A DNA stretch of 64,000 bases from NCBI RefSeq assembly GCF_053078305.1, contig NZ_CP166879.1. One strand, given 5' to 3'. The notes under the pieces were generated by a model. The model did not search any database, was not told where the DNA came from, and saw only the letters and a program-made list of their open reading frames with translations. Of this stretch, positions 49,301 to 59,105 are shown piece after piece. A program made the position numbers and the translations under genes. Each line of letters begins with the position of its first letter. The first letter of the stretch is position 1.

Positions 49301-52290
49301 GTATGCAGACGGAGTTCACCTTCACTGACCAGCCGGCCCCCCTCACGGTTATCCAGCGAGGTGGTGCTCAGGTCAGCTGTCGTTTTCGCCCCCACGGTCC
49401 CGCCCCGGTTATCCATTGCTCCGGTACTGACAGTCAGTTCCTGCAGGCTGTTCAGCGTACCGCGTCTGTTATCCAGCGTCTGGCCTGCGGTATTAATGCT
49501 GATACCCCTCCCCTGAATAAGACCGGACTGATTGTTCAGCGCCTGGCTGTTCCAGCCGAGCAGACCGTTTGCCACCATCTGACCGGATGTATTGTTAACC
49601 ACGCCTGCAGTCAGGGACAGAGCATCTCCCGACAAAAGCACACCGGCAGTGCTGTCCAGTGTGCCGGCATTCAGCGTCATCGGACCCTGACTGATAACCC
49701 CGCCCCGGTCACCACTATTACGGTTACTCAGTGTGTCAGCACGGAGATTCAGCGATGCACCGCTCTGTATCAGGCCGCCGGCATCGTTGATGATATCCGT
49801 CGAGGAAAGTGTCAGTGACTGCTGTGCCACCAGTCTGCCGCCCTGATTATCAAACCGTGTGACATCCAGCCTGCTGTTACCGTTGCTGACCACCGTCCCC
49901 TGCTGATTTTCCAGCACACTCAGGTGCGTATTCAGGTCCCCGCCGGCGGCAAGCGCCCCTTCCTGATTACTGACATCACCACCACTCAGCAACATATCCG
50001 TCCCGGCCTTCAGTGCGCCTTTCTGGTTCATCAGCGTACCTGACGATATCTGTAATGACGTCTGACTCCCCAGCACGCCCTGACGGTTATCGAGCGTTCC
50101 GGCGTTCAGGGTCATATCCTTCTGACCCGCCATAAATCCCTGCTGGTTATTCAGCATACCGGCCCGCACTGTCAGGGTACCGGCGCTGCTGATACCACCC
50201 CGTGTTTTCGTGTTCCGGTTACTGAGTACCCCGTCCTGTACATCCAGCGTCATGTCACTGCCGGACTGAATCAGACCATCATCAGAGACCAGTTCGCTGC
50301 CTGACACAGACAGCGTTTTCTGTGAAAGCAGTCTGCCGGACGTATTATCCAGCGCACCATCCAGCGTCACAGACAGCCCGTCAGCCACCACCGTACCCTG
50401 GTGGTTATTCAGATTCCCTGCCGAAATATCCAGCCTGCCGGCGGACTCCATTCGTCCCTCAGTATTGCTGACAGCCTGCTGTGTTTTTATCCTGCCCGTT
50501 CCGGCAGCAGCTGAAATCAGTCCGTTGTCGTTATTCAGCGCCTGTGTATTAATCAGGATGTCACGGCTGGCAAGCAGACGTCCCTGCTGGTTATCCACGG
50601 CGCCGGTTGTCCTCACCTGCAGACTGCCTGACTGCGCCGCCTGCACTTTCCCCCTGCGATTATCAAGGCTCAGTGCATCCAGACGCACCGCGCCATTTGC
50701 CGCAAACAGCCCTTCCCGGTTATCCACGCTTCCCGGCAGACTCAGCGAAAAATCCCCTGTTCCCGTCTGAGTCAGACTGCCTTTACGATTTGACAGGCTT
50801 TGTGCCGATATCTGCAGTGTGTCGGCATTTATCGTGCCACCATTATTGCTGAAGTGCCCGACAGTCCGGGCGGAAAGCGTACCGGCACTCAGTTGCGCAT
50901 TCTGTGTGGACAGATTTCCACTGGTTGCATCCAGCTCAGTATGTTGTCCCTGTATCCGGCTGTTGCTTAAATCCAGCCCCTGCCCCTTCAGTTGCATGTC
51001 CCCACCGGACAGAACCTGTCCGTGTGCCGCCAGTTCGCCGGTGGTACTGACAGTCAGGTTGCCCGCTGCCGCCAGACGTCCGTCATCTTTCACCCCGGCG
51101 GCCAGCAGACTCCGCTCACCGCCGGTCAGACGCGCTGTCTGAATCCGGGTGTTGCGACGTGATGCCACAGAGCCTGTATGGGTGAAGACACCATCACTCT
51201 GTATCTGCGTATCCTGCCCCGCATAAACAGAACCACTGTTATGCAGCTCCCGGGTTGTCGCCAGATGCACATCCGTTTTCGCACTGATACTGCCACTGTT
51301 TTCAATACGTCCGTCAGCCGTCAGGGTAACCGCCCCTGCCTGTGCACCAATATGACCGGCGTTACGAACACCCACCCCCGTTTCCGTACCGACAAGGCGA
51401 ATTTTTCCGGCATACATTCCGCCAAGACTGGCCACATCCAGTGCCATCTGAGGCTGTGAAGAGACATCACCGGTCTTTTTCTCAATCTGCCCGTGCGCGA
51501 TATCCACATTGTTACGTCCTGTGGTCACTTTCAGATCCTGCGCCCAGATACCCGCATTAATCTTCACAGACCGGGCAATGATATCGGTATAATCCGTGCG
51601 CGAGGCATCCATCCCTTTGCCCGTAACCTGAATCTCACCACGTTCAACACTGAATCCGGTCAGACTGCCGTTTTTCATCTGCGGCTGCCCCGTGGTCAGC
51701 GTGGCCCGGTTCGCATTAATAAAACCGCACCCGTCGCAACTGATGCCGGCCGGGTTCGCAATCACCACCTGCGCCTTTTTACCGGCAACCTCAACAAAAC
51801 CGTTCAACTGGCTGGGATTGCGACTGTTCACTTCATTAAGAATGATTCTGGCCTCTCCCTTAGCCAGCCACGGGTTCCCGGCCACCATGCCACCCAGTTG
51901 AGTCTGCACATTGTTATGGGCATTATTCAGAATGACGCCCTGGTTACCGACGTCGAACTGGCTGTATGCGTTATGTGAAACCCCGCCGGCAGAAGGCGTC
52001 TGAATATTCACCTGCGGAATGCCGCTGGCCGTCTGCGTAATCGTGGGCTGCTGATACCCTGGTGCGCCATGGTCTGCGACAATGCCTGCAGCACTGACAG
52101 AATGCACCATCCCCGAAGCCAGCCACAAAGAGAATGCAAGCGGCGTGACACGGCAGATACGTTGCCTGTGTGGATATCCTGTGCGGGAGGACAGTGATGT
52201 ACCGGCGCGACCGGAACGGGCAATATCTGCCACCACCATCAGCATTCCCCGGGCTTTGTTAAAAATAATGCGGTAACAATTTCTGTTCAT
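43345..52290 (-). CDS. cdiA: CdiA, contact-dependent growth inhibition exoprotein (TpsA/filamentous-haemagglutinin family)
   Basis: 2981-aa ORF; extended TPS signal peptide MNRNCYRIIFNKARGMLMVV, TPS domain with NPAGISCDGCGFIN, long haemagglutinin-type repeats, VENN motif at 44002-44013, then a 218-aa Gly-rich hydrophobic C-terminal domain (43348-44001). Confidence 0.9.
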   Translation of the reverse strand: MNRNCYRIIFNKARGMLMVVADIARSGRAGTSLSSRTGYPHRQRICRVTPLAFSLWLASGMVHSVSAAGIVADHGAPGYQQPTITQTASGIPQVNIQTPSAGGVSHNAYSQFDVGNQGVILNNAHNNVQTQLGGMVAGNPWLAKGEARIILNEVNSRNPSQLNGFVEVAGKKAQVVIANPAGISCDGCGFINANRATLTTGQPQMKNGSLTGFSVERGEIQVTGKGMDASRTDYTDIIARSVKINAGIWAQDLKVTTGRNNVDIAHGQIEKKTGDVSSQPQMALDVASLGGMYAGKIRLVGTETGVGVRNAGHIGAQAGAVTLTADGRIENSGSISAKTDVHLATTRELHNSGSVYAGQDTQIQSDGVFTHTGSVASRRNTRIQTARLTGGERSLLAAGVKDDGRLAAAGNLTVSTTGELAAHGQVLSGGDMQLKGQGLDLSNSRIQGQHTELDATSGNLSTQNAQLSAGTLSARTVGHFSNNGGTINADTLQISAQSLSNRKGSLTQTGTGDFSLSLPGSVDNREGLFAANGAVRLDALSLDNRRGKVQAAQSGSLQVRTTGAVDNQQGRLLASRDILINTQALNNDNGLISAAAGTGRIKTQQAVSNTEGRMESAGRLDISAGNLNNHQGTVVADGLSVTLDGALDNTSGRLLSQKTLSVSGSELVSDDGLIQSGSDMTLDVQDGVLSNRNTKTRGGISSAGTLTVRAGMLNNQQGFMAGQKDMTLNAGTLDNRQGVLGSQTSLQISSGTLMNQKGALKAGTDMLLSGGDVSNQEGALAAGGDLNTHLSVLENQQGTVVSNGNSRLDVTRFDNQGGRLVAQQSLTLSSTDIINDAGGLIQSGASLNLRADTLSNRNSGDRGGVISQGPMTLNAGTLDSTAGVLLSGDALSLTAGVVNNTSGQMVANGLLGWNSQALNNQSGLIQGRGISINTAGQTLDNRRGTLNSLQELTVSTGAMDNRGGTVGAKTTADLSTTSLDNREGGRLVSEGELRLHTGGLQNSHGQIQSVGDMLLNSVRGVVDNVSGLIRSGSAITLNALQFINRHTQNTGQGLEAQTIHITTQDLDNQEGSILADRALTVMADRTLSNNDGVLSSGATLSVSGRQLAFSNRDGVVKAGQSVSVDAGQLGGDGKLLSLGDMTLKSNTTFSNSGQTIANGNLTLSVNGDVSNTGSLLAGSRLDLNSIRLENTEKGEISAGQTWLNVTDTLLNRGLIDGKYTHLQANTLTNSGTGRIYGDAVGVSAATFNNLEENGVAATLAGRERVDLGVQTLNNRTHSLIYSAGDMHTGGMLDANGAATGKAGVLNNHSATIEAAGYLVLSAGQINNVNDHFTTERVVVSTEKVTEYQLSGSDKRWSAGEPGVYVDNDSSNSLKKLHTPEGARDKFTQYDYTRTVEETRVKDSDPGKILSGAGMTIVADKLLNDKSQVVAGGLLTIPSGSVENVSVSGERHVTDSGTSTYYYRIRKKGKDKQGEKTSQYTPPTVIQSITLKPGELTSHGQIQGSQVTLSPLKPQGTDVQTGQAGNVDAAVAATDRIPLRPVVSAGEPVILLPGQQFEVSTPQGSIHVAGPDTRLPDSSLFKTNPAVNVPYLVETDPRFTNQKMWLGSDYMQKAFSQNGDNMLKRLGDGFYEQRLIREQVVALTGQRYLDRYGSDEEQFKALMDAGIAFGKQYNLKPGVALTAEQMALLTGDIVWLVNTTVTLPDGSTQTVQVPQVYARVKPGDVNSAGALIAGRDMVMKLDGDLFNSGKLAGKQTVQLSAENIHNQAGSIQGANVSLTARTDINSTGGLLQATDSLLAMAGRDISLTTTTRTAQRDAGQNHFERTSIDSVAGVYVQNDQGRLVLQAGRDMNLTAATVVNQGKDSLTQLSAGRDMTLSTVTTSAQDNIIWDKNNRLSQGVTQSTGSTLAGNGDVTLTAGRDMTSQAASLSAQKGLALMAGHDVTLTGAQNTRSLDEYHKVTGSSGMLSKTTTTTHDVTDRRTMTGSELNGDTVSISAGHNLNVTGSSVAGDNRVSLAAGNDLSIGTLTESNRETHLKQEKKSGLMSSGGVGFSVGSQSLKVTDTATDSTQKGSTVGSVHGDVSLQAGNRLSANSADLIAGRDMALSGKEVSISAVTDRHVQTHSVEQKTSGLTLALSGTVGSALNTTVETVQAAKSAGNSRLEALQGVKAALSGAQAVQAGRLAEAQGNQKENNNAVGISLSYGSQSSKSEQQSEQTVAKNSALTAGNNLSIQATGSGVKDVDGDLTIQGSQIKAGNNVLLQANRDVNLVSAENTSKLEGKNSSSGGSVGVGIGVGAGGWGISVSASANQGKGSEKGNGTTHTETTVDAGNRLTIISGRDTTLTGVQAGGETVKVDAGRHLTLTSEQDSDRYDSKQQNASAGGSFTFGSMSGSASVSLSRDKMHSNYDSVQEQTGIFAGRGGFDVTTGQHTQLNGAVIASTATADKNRLDTGTLGFRDIENRADYKVEHQSVGISTGGSIGGQFAGNMANNLLVGANHEGHAESTTQSAVSAGNITIRDTQSQKQDVADLNRDAAHANQTLSPIFDREKEQQRLQQAQLIGEIGNQVADIARTEGQIAGEKAKRDPAALNQAREELEAAGKPFTEQDVAQRAYNNGMAASGFGTGGKYQQAIQAATAAVQGLAGGNLSAALAGGAAPYIAEIIKQTTPDGAGRVAAHAVVNAALSLAQGKNALAGAAGAATGEVVGMIATQMYGKPVSELSGTEKQTVSTLATVAAGLAGGLVGDSGASAVAGAQSGKTTVENNALSFGDGFESNAAAATSWNKYAVDNNLTPEQTQAGLDKIAKGDMPDSTNITKVIVDGYQDGVMIAGAWYLGPAASVGKMVSGGVVAEIANGSYQWFDLSQPGNENKNWDWKSSASSGIAGMLAPGRTVGQNVGIAMGGAFFTDGPNTGSIGGAAAGAGLGGAFGVYAPGIVNSVTGKEFPGFIFDATGSFGSEFLGGYIKEASSNNQFSSSAKKEEGK

Positions 52291-52842
52291 TCTGATAAAC
52301 CTGACTTATCTCTCCGGCACATCCACAGCAAGCGGGTGCTGCACACGCCACTGGCGCGCCTCTTCACGACTGACCTGTGCACCCCGGAAATTCATCACCC
52401 GTAACCCGGTCTGCTGCCCACGGTGGTACAGCGAACGCCAGCACAGACGGGGAAAAATATCCTGCCGGACAAGACGACTCATATCCGGAGTGTGTCCAAA
52501 AGGGGCAACCCAGTCACAGACCCACATCCGGTCGCCGCTGTTCCAGTCCGACTGAGGCATGAGAATTGCCGGCTGCGTAAGATAACGCGCCTCTGCCTCC
52601 GGGCTGAGCCAGGCCTGGCTCATGAAGAAAACCGGTCGCCCCTGCTCTGTTGCCACCACATACTGTCGGTGCTTAATCACCGGCAGCTGCAGGTCCGGCA
52701 GGGTATGCAGTGGCGCATCACGATGCAGGGGGGAGTGCATCCACAACCAGACGGCCGCCCCCAGGACTTCCGCCTCATTGACCGGCTCACCGGAATACAG
52801 GGGACTCAGAACGTCATATTTCCCGTTACGCATGAAACTTTC

Positions 52843-54582
52843 TCAGAAATCCCGGAACAGATTAAAACCGGCTGTCACATCACTCGTCATAAAACCCGCC
52901 GGCTTTGAAAACGGACGACCGATGAAAACGTCATAATCCGTACTGAACAGTTGCCCCCTCAGCCCCACAACACCACCGGCCAGATGACGTCCCACCAGAT
53001 ATTCACTGCCGGCTCCCCCCACCTCGCCGTAATCCATTCCCAGATATAACGCCTGCTCCGGCAGTGGCGTACGCCAGGCCAGGTCGTTGCGGATATACCA
53101 GCCGTTACTGGCATTCAGCGTTCGCTCCCCGTCAAAACCACGAACCGTCCAGCGGTTACCGATGGCAAACTGTTCCTGTGGGGTCAGCGGGGTATTGCTC
53201 AGCTGGCGCTGATACCGGAAGGAATAACTGAAGGGCTGCTCTGCCAGTGTAAAGGGCAGATTAAAGGATGCATTCATCTGCAGGATCTTACTGAGCGCCG
53301 TTGCCTCACCGAAGATTTCCTCCGGTGCCGGCTGTGCACCAAACCAGCGGGTTCCCCGTTGCCAGCTGACACCAGCATCCAGTGTGGCCTGAGAAATATA
53401 ATGACGGTGCTGCAGCCCAAGTCGCCAGGCCGCTGTCTGCCGGCGCTGCACCTGGATTTCCGTATCATTAATGTAGTTACGCGACCTGCGGGCCTGAACA
53501 TCGTAAGTCAGCACCGTTTTCTGCGTCCCGTTACGATGCAGTACCCGGCTCAGCTGCATGCCCAGATTCTGACTCTCGCCACTGTACTGGTAATCCTCAA
53601 CCGCACCAGCTACCGTCTGATGGTAATCGTAATCACTGGCGGTGACGGAAAACTGCCAGTAACCGAAAGGCACAGAGTAATGGGCCGTGTAGTTTTTACT
53701 GCCCTTACCCCCGTAATGTGGAAAATTATGGGTGGCAGAAACATACAGCAGGTCACTCAGGGAAAAAGGATTATCCAGAGAAAATGTTATACCACCGAGA
53801 TAACGCCCTGTGCTGCGGGTACCTGAATCATCAAGCGAAAACCCCAGTCGCCAGTATTTATCCTGTTTACGGGTAATAAGAATATCACTTTCCCCTGGCT
53901 GCTCACCGGGCACAATTTCCATATCAGCCTGCACACCCGGCAGTCGTTGCATATTCTCCAGCCCCTGCTCAATGTCCCGTAAATCCAGCAGAGAACCTTC
54001 GTGTGCCGGGAATGAGGAATACAACTGAATATAGTCATCACTGTCCGGTGTCAGACGCACATGTCGCACAACACCGGGAATAACAACCAGCCGGAGGATA
54101 CCGCTTTTTAAATCCTGCGAAGGTGCCAGAACACGGGTGGTGACATAACCATGATCGACAAGACGGTTCTGCAATGTACTCATCAGCAGATTAATTCCTT
54201 TCGCCCCCAGGCAATGCCCGACCGCCCCGTTGGCGATTTTTTGTAAAGGCAGCCAGTGTGGTAACGCATCAGCCCCCTTCAGTTCCGTCTGTTTAATCTG
54301 AAAACAGGGCGTTTCAACAGGAAAATTAATCTTATGGGCAAAAGAGCCAGGTGCAGAAAGGCGAACATCAGGGGCTGAAGGCGTCAGTTGTTGCTCAAGG
54401 GCTTCCTGACGCTGCTGCTGAATGATAAATGTATCCTCTCCACTACGCCGGATATCCGCGGCCTGAAGAGATAAAGGCGATAATAAAACAGACATCAGTG
54501 TCAGTGATAAAATGAACGGACAGCGCCGGAATAAGCTTTGTTCCTCAGCCCTCTCGTTCCTGCAACATAATTTTCCAGCCAA
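52843..54582 (-). CDS. cdiB: CdiB, TpsB-family outer-membrane transporter
   Basis: 579-aa ORF directly upstream of cdiA on the same strand; signal peptide, POTRA-like region and C-terminal beta-barrel ending ...FNLFRDF. Start may instead be at an internal Met (about 54495). Confidence 0.85.
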   Translation of the reverse strand: MAGKLCCRNERAEEQSLFRRCPFILSLTLMSVLLSPLSLQAADIRRSGEDTFIIQQQRQEALEQQLTPSAPDVRLSAPGSFAHKINFPVETPCFQIKQTELKGADALPHWLPLQKIANGAVGHCLGAKGINLLMSTLQNRLVDHGYVTTRVLAPSQDLKSGILRLVVIPGVVRHVRLTPDSDDYIQLYSSFPAHEGSLLDLRDIEQGLENMQRLPGVQADMEIVPGEQPGESDILITRKQDKYWRLGFSLDDSGTRSTGRYLGGITFSLDNPFSLSDLLYVSATHNFPHYGGKGSKNYTAHYSVPFGYWQFSVTASDYDYHQTVAGAVEDYQYSGESQNLGMQLSRVLHRNGTQKTVLTYDVQARRSRNYINDTEIQVQRRQTAAWRLGLQHRHYISQATLDAGVSWQRGTRWFGAQPAPEEIFGEATALSKILQMNASFNLPFTLAEQPFSYSFRYQRQLSNTPLTPQEQFAIGNRWTVRGFDGERTLNASNGWYIRNDLAWRTPLPEQALYLGMDYGEVGGAGSEYLVGRHLAGGVVGLRGQLFSTDYDVFIGRPFSKPAGFMTSDVTAGFNLFRDF

Positions 54583-55203
54583 ACGAAAAACCTTTTATGC
54601 ATGCTGTGTCAACAATCACCAGCCTCCTGACGATGTCTGCCGCCATTTTGGCAATAACACACTACCGCCCTTCCGGAATTCCCCGTATCAACCGGTACCA
54701 GAATGCTGAGTAACCAGTCAGCCAAATCAGGCTGGTTTAATTTTGCTCATTATAGAATAATGATCTGAAAAATATCAATATAACAGGTGTATCGATCGTA
54801 ATTGCAGATGCTTGCAGATCTTTATTCCAGTATATGTTGTCAAGCTGGAATATTTAGAAATATATATCCATGACTAATGTGGAAATACAGAAAATTATTC
54901 CAGTGAATGCTTTTTATACGGTCTCCTGGCACAGAAAATGGTGATTTTTGATTTGAATCATTGAAATCAGTTCTGCTAATAAGAAGACATGCTGAAAAGC
55001 CGATTTTCAGGGGGTGATTGAAGGGATTGTGAGTTTTTCCTTCGGCTTTTAACGTAACTTCCTGTTTTCCTGATATTCCACGGCAAGATTAATTTTTAGC
55101 GGAGCAGAATGAATAAAATCTTCATCTGGTGTTTTTGCTGCGCGTAAATGCAGGTGTAACTGTGGATGTTATCCACTGAAGAGCTGCTGATGAGGATGAA
55201 GAC

Positions 55204-55776
55204 ATGCTGACTAAAAAAATGTTACTCGTTTGTGCTTCGTGTGTTGCGCTGAGTGCCTGTTCTGCACAGGAAATTGCAGAGCTGAACAGGCAGATAAGTG
55301 ACGGTGCATTTGCTGTGACAAAAGTACTGAACGTAGGTGTAAACCAGGCAGATGATGATCTCAAATATCTGTCTCAGGCACCCCGGGCAAAAAGAGAGAA
55401 ACGTGATCATGTCATAGAAGTCCCTGTTGATGTGGATACAGCTGCGGGAAGACTGAAACGGTACTATAAGTTTTATTCAAATGAAGAAGTCGATGCGATT
55501 CGTAATAACGGACATGCGAACGGGAAGTGGGCCGCAGCAGCAATAAGTCAGAACGGACATATGTGGGATGCCATGCCCGGTAGTTATTATAAAATGGGCA
55601 GTGACTGGGATGGTGGCGAATTTGATGATCATCTGACGCTTGAACTTGAAAAAAATGGCAAAGGAAGTCGGATATATATAACGTATGCATCTCCGGCACC
55701 GGGGCATCTGAAAGATAAATTTATTGAGCCATTAGTTAAACGTGTGAAGGATGTGGCTGAAGGCCGGGTCAGGTAA
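55204..55776 (+). CDS. hypothetical lipoprotein
   Basis: Signal peptide with lipobox LSAC; divergent from cdiB. Confidence 0.55.
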   Translation: MLTKKMLLVCASCVALSACSAQEIAELNRQISDGAFAVTKVLNVGVNQADDDLKYLSQAPRAKREKRDHVIEVPVDVDTAAGRLKRYYKFYSNEEVDAIRNNGHANGKWAAAAISQNGHMWDAMPGSYYKMGSDWDGGEFDDHLTLELEKNGKGSRIYITYASPAPGHLKDKFIEPLVKRVKDVAEGRVR

Positions 55777-55795
55777 CGTGTACTATATAATATAT

Positions 55796-55828
55796 CCCCT
55801 GGCATACTGCCAGGGGATGTTGTTTTTC
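55796..55828 (+). terminator. rho-independent terminator
   Basis: CCCCTGGCA-TACT-GCCAGGGG stem followed by T tract. Confidence 0.6.
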
Positions 55829-56159
55829 TGTATGTCATTTTATGATGATACCTTTGATATTCTTATAGATGTTTAGGTGAACTGTTAATGATAAATATTG
55901 TCCGATATTATACTTTCTTGTAAGTATATTTTGGGGAGGTTATTTTTATTAAGGTTTTAAATGTTTTATTTTGTTCGCTTTTTCTTTCTCTGTTTGTTGT
56001 TTCTTGCTATTACAACTATCTTGTGATTGTTTATATGCTAAACATAATTCTGATGTTTTAGTACATGTAACATATTGACACATTCTTTATCTGTTTGTAT
56101 TTTACGTGTTAGCAGTGTTTTTATTTTGACATTGCTGTTAACAACCGATTGCTGGAGAG

Positions 56160-56444
56160 GTGAAAATGAATAAAATGTTCAGTCAGTGGATTGATTTTGA
56201 TGAGATGATTACTCCGAAGATCATCAAGGTAATATACTGGTTTTTTCTTTTTATTACAGTGGCCGGTGGTGTTATAGGTATGATAGCCAATCCGTTTGTC
56301 GGACTGCTTGGTCTTATTATGGGTATTATTGGTCTGAGGATTGGGTGTGAAATGATAATTCTTCTTTTTAATATTTATAAGCAGGTTAAAAAGATTGCTG
56401 ATGCGGTACCGGATAAAATAAACGAACAGGCTGAGGATAGTTAA
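56160..56444 (+). CDS. small membrane protein
   Basis: 94-aa ORF with two Gly-rich TM helices, preceded by GGAGAGG RBS; low-GC region. Confidence 0.5.
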   Translation: MKMNKMFSQWIDFDEMITPKIIKVIYWFFLFITVAGGVIGMIANPFVGLLGLIMGIIGLRIGCEMIILLFNIYKQVKKIADAVPDKINEQAEDS

Positions 56445-56603
56445 TTATCTCAGAATAAACATTGATGAATGGTAATAACAGGGACTGTTAATACTGTCCC
56501 TGTTATTTTTTCTGCAGACTGTTTTCTGTTCTTCCTGGTTATGTTCTGAGTGATGATGATTGACGCCTTTTATACGCTCTGATATGCTCAGAATGCATTA
56601 TCT

Positions 56604-56840
56604 GTCGCTTCGGCGACCACCAATGCTCCATAAGTGGTCTGAGAGGAGCGCCTTCGGGTGGCCACATCCCGCTTCGGTGGGCACCAATGTTCCGTTGATC
56701 TGAGAGGAACGCCTTCGGGTGATCAACACCCCCGTAACCTGAAAGGGGATGTGCAGCCAGGATGTTTCTGGTGGTGGTAAATCTGCCCACCTTTGAGAGC
56801 AGATATCGTCAGTCATGATGATGAAGGTTTCTTTTAACCG
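56604..56840 (+). repeat. structured repeat element, copy 2; left direct repeat flanking the recombinase module
   Basis: Near-identical to 58871-59105 and to the last two sub-units plus tail of 12233-12528; the similarity continues about 20 bp past the element. Confidence 0.55.
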
Positions 56841-57467
56841 CGCCCTTTATTACGGGCAATACACAGCAGTGGTTGTGTGATCCTTATCTATCCGGTGATG
56901 CCGGAATGTTTTTACTGCGTAATGGCGGTATTGACTTCTTTTATTCTTTTCATTTGTTTGCCAGCACTTCCTGCGACTGTGCGCGCTGTATAAGACCATT
57001 TGAAATTTGGTCGCTTACGCGTGTACCTGGCGTCTGAAGCTGCGCGGCGTCACTTTCGTCAGCGTGTCACGATGACAAAGTGACGCACGCGCGTCTGCTT
57101 AACGAACCCGCACGAACTGCCGTTTCACGTGATGTTTTTTAACATTTGAAGAAGTGACCCGGCGTGAGAGTGTTTTTTCAACCTCTTCTGCAAATTTACG
57201 GACGATTTTGTGAATAACGTCCATAAATGGTTTTTTGCAGAATTAATTGTTTTTTAAGGAGTTTTATGTAGTGAGATGCCGAATCGGCGATACCACTTAT
57301 TAGAGGTGGTGTCGGGGGCGACCTGGAGACAGGTACAGCAAATGCTGCAGTCGGTGTGCAACACCGATTTGTTACCCCTCAATACCTAAACAATCTGCGC
57401 TACCCTGGCGCACAGGCAGTCACTACCCGAAGGATCGCAACGTTTAACCGTGTCGTCAGGGAGAAAT

Positions 57468-57518
57468 GCAGATGAGTTTTTCTGTTGTGTTCACGGCACA
57501 ACAGAAAAACTCATCTGC
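57468..57518. other. perfect 22-bp inverted repeat with 7-bp spacer; candidate recombinase target site
   Basis: GCAGATGAGTTTTTCTGTTGTG-TTCACGG-CACAACAGAAAAACTCATCTGC, about 50 bp upstream of the recombinase start; no T tract after it, so not a typical terminator. Confidence 0.6.
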
Positions 57519-57567
57519 CGAACGTACAGCTGTTTAAGGTAAAAATTATTATGTGCAGGAGAAGTTG

Positions 57568-58470
57568 ATGTCCAGACGTGAAAAATTACTGAAACAGGAT
57601 CTGGTTGCTCACATTCGAAAAGACAAAGGCAGCTTCAAGAAGCTGAGTGATTACACCAGGATCATGCACCGCTTTGCTGAAAGTCTGGCAAAAATGAATG
57701 TACAGATCAGTTCTGCCGCGCAGGTAAAAGTCCGGCATATTGAGCTATATATGAGAAGCCGGAGTAATGTTTCTGGGCGAACAAGGGAAAATGAAATGTC
57801 TGCAATACGGGTTATGTTACGTCAGGCAGGTAAATATAAGATGGCTGATCCCGAACATCCTCGTCTCAGCAATAAAGCGTTAGGCATTTCCGGCTCCAGT
57901 CGTAAGGGAACAAAAAAATTAATCACGGATGAGCGTTTTCGGGAGATTCTTCAGCGTGTGGAAGCAAAAGATAAAGGGGTGGCTGCTGTTGTTAAACTGT
58001 CACGTTACCTCGGTCTGAGAAATGAAGAAGCTATCCAGTCGGCCAAATCATTACGAACCTGGAAAAAAGCGTTACAACGGGGAGATGAAAAAATAAGAGT
58101 GATTTTTGGTACGAAAGGGGGACGGGAAAGAATGACAACGGTTGTTGACCGGGATAACGTTCTTGATGCTGTTAATTATGCACTCAAATATGCCAGTGAA
58201 CATAATGGACGTCTTATAGACAGAGATAATCTTAAGTCGGCAATGGATTATTATCTTAATACATTACGTCGTTATGGAGAACTGAAAGGCGGAGATGAGA
58301 CTGCACACAGTTTTCGGTACAGTTACGCTGCAAGTGCCATGAAATATCATATTATGAACGGTTACAGTTATAAGGAGGCACTTGCACTGACATCAATTGA
58401 TCTTGGTCATGGTGATGGCAGAGGACGATATATTGAACAGGTTTATTGTCAGTTGTTAGGCTATGAGTAA
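57568..58470 (+). CDS. tyrosine recombinase / phage-integrase-family protein
   Basis: ORF track 57553..58470 (GTG); ATG 57568 after AGGAGAAG RBS. Catalytic-domain-like motifs: LGLRNEE (Arg I), HSFRYSYA (H-x-x-R) and a C-terminal RGRY region. Confidence 0.6.
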   Translation: MSRREKLLKQDLVAHIRKDKGSFKKLSDYTRIMHRFAESLAKMNVQISSAAQVKVRHIELYMRSRSNVSGRTRENEMSAIRVMLRQAGKYKMADPEHPRLSNKALGISGSSRKGTKKLITDERFREILQRVEAKDKGVAAVVKLSRYLGLRNEEAIQSAKSLRTWKKALQRGDEKIRVIFGTKGGRERMTTVVDRDNVLDAVNYALKYASEHNGRLIDRDNLKSAMDYYLNTLRRYGELKGGDETAHSFRYSYAASAMKYHIMNGYSYKEALALTSIDLGHGDGRGRYIEQVYCQLLGYE

Positions 58471-58502
58471 TAACTCATGGCGATTTCGTACGGGTAAATA
58501 TT

Positions 58503-58826
58503 ATGGATTGTACTATTTTGCTGAAAATAATCTCTGTAAAAGAGATTACAAAAAATTCGCCTTTGTGGTCACACTATCTGGCGCGATATGTTGATTCCGG
58601 ATATCAGGCCGAGTTTGAATGTGAAGGAACAGCAGATAAATGGGATATCTATGATGAATGGGACATCTATGAATCCATTGCGGATTATTTTGATGTGGTA
58701 GGAGATTTTAACTGTGATGTCAGATGGTCGGGAAGAAAAATACTGATTAAAGGGACCTGTGTTTTTCCTCTGGGAGAACCCGTTAAGGGAATACATAATA
58801 TTCCTCTTTGGATTGATGTTGAATAA
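58503..58826 (+). CDS. hypothetical protein
   Basis: 107-aa ORF, AT-rich, downstream of the recombinase. Confidence 0.35.
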   Translation: MDCTILLKIISVKEITKNSPLWSHYLARYVDSGYQAEFECEGTADKWDIYDEWDIYESIADYFDVVGDFNCDVRWSGRKILIKGTCVFPLGEPVKGIHNIPLWIDVE

Positions 58827-58870
58827 CTTGACATTCATCTTTTGTGATTTAAAAATATACAGGCTTATAT

Positions 58871-59105
58871 GTCGCTTCGGCGACCACCAATGCTCCATAA
58901 GTGGTCTGAGAGGAGCGCCTTCGGGTGACCACATCCCGCTTCGGTGGGCACCAATGTTCCGTTGATCTGAGAGGAACGCCTTCGGGTGATCAACACCCCC
59001 GTAACCTGAAAGGGGATGTGCAGCCAGGATGTTTCTGGTGGTGGTAAATCTGCCCACCTTTGAGAGCAGATATCGTCAGTCATGACGATGAAGGTTTCTT
59101 TATAA
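58871..59105 (+). repeat. structured repeat element, copy 3; right direct repeat flanking the recombinase module
   Basis: Near-identical to 56604-56840. Confidence 0.55.

Noticed and set aside
43850-52276. Numerous plus-strand ORFs (60-235 aa) antisense to cdiA
   Set aside because: They lie entirely within the 2981-aa cdiA gene on the opposite strand, in GC-rich repetitive sequence where spurious open frames are expected.
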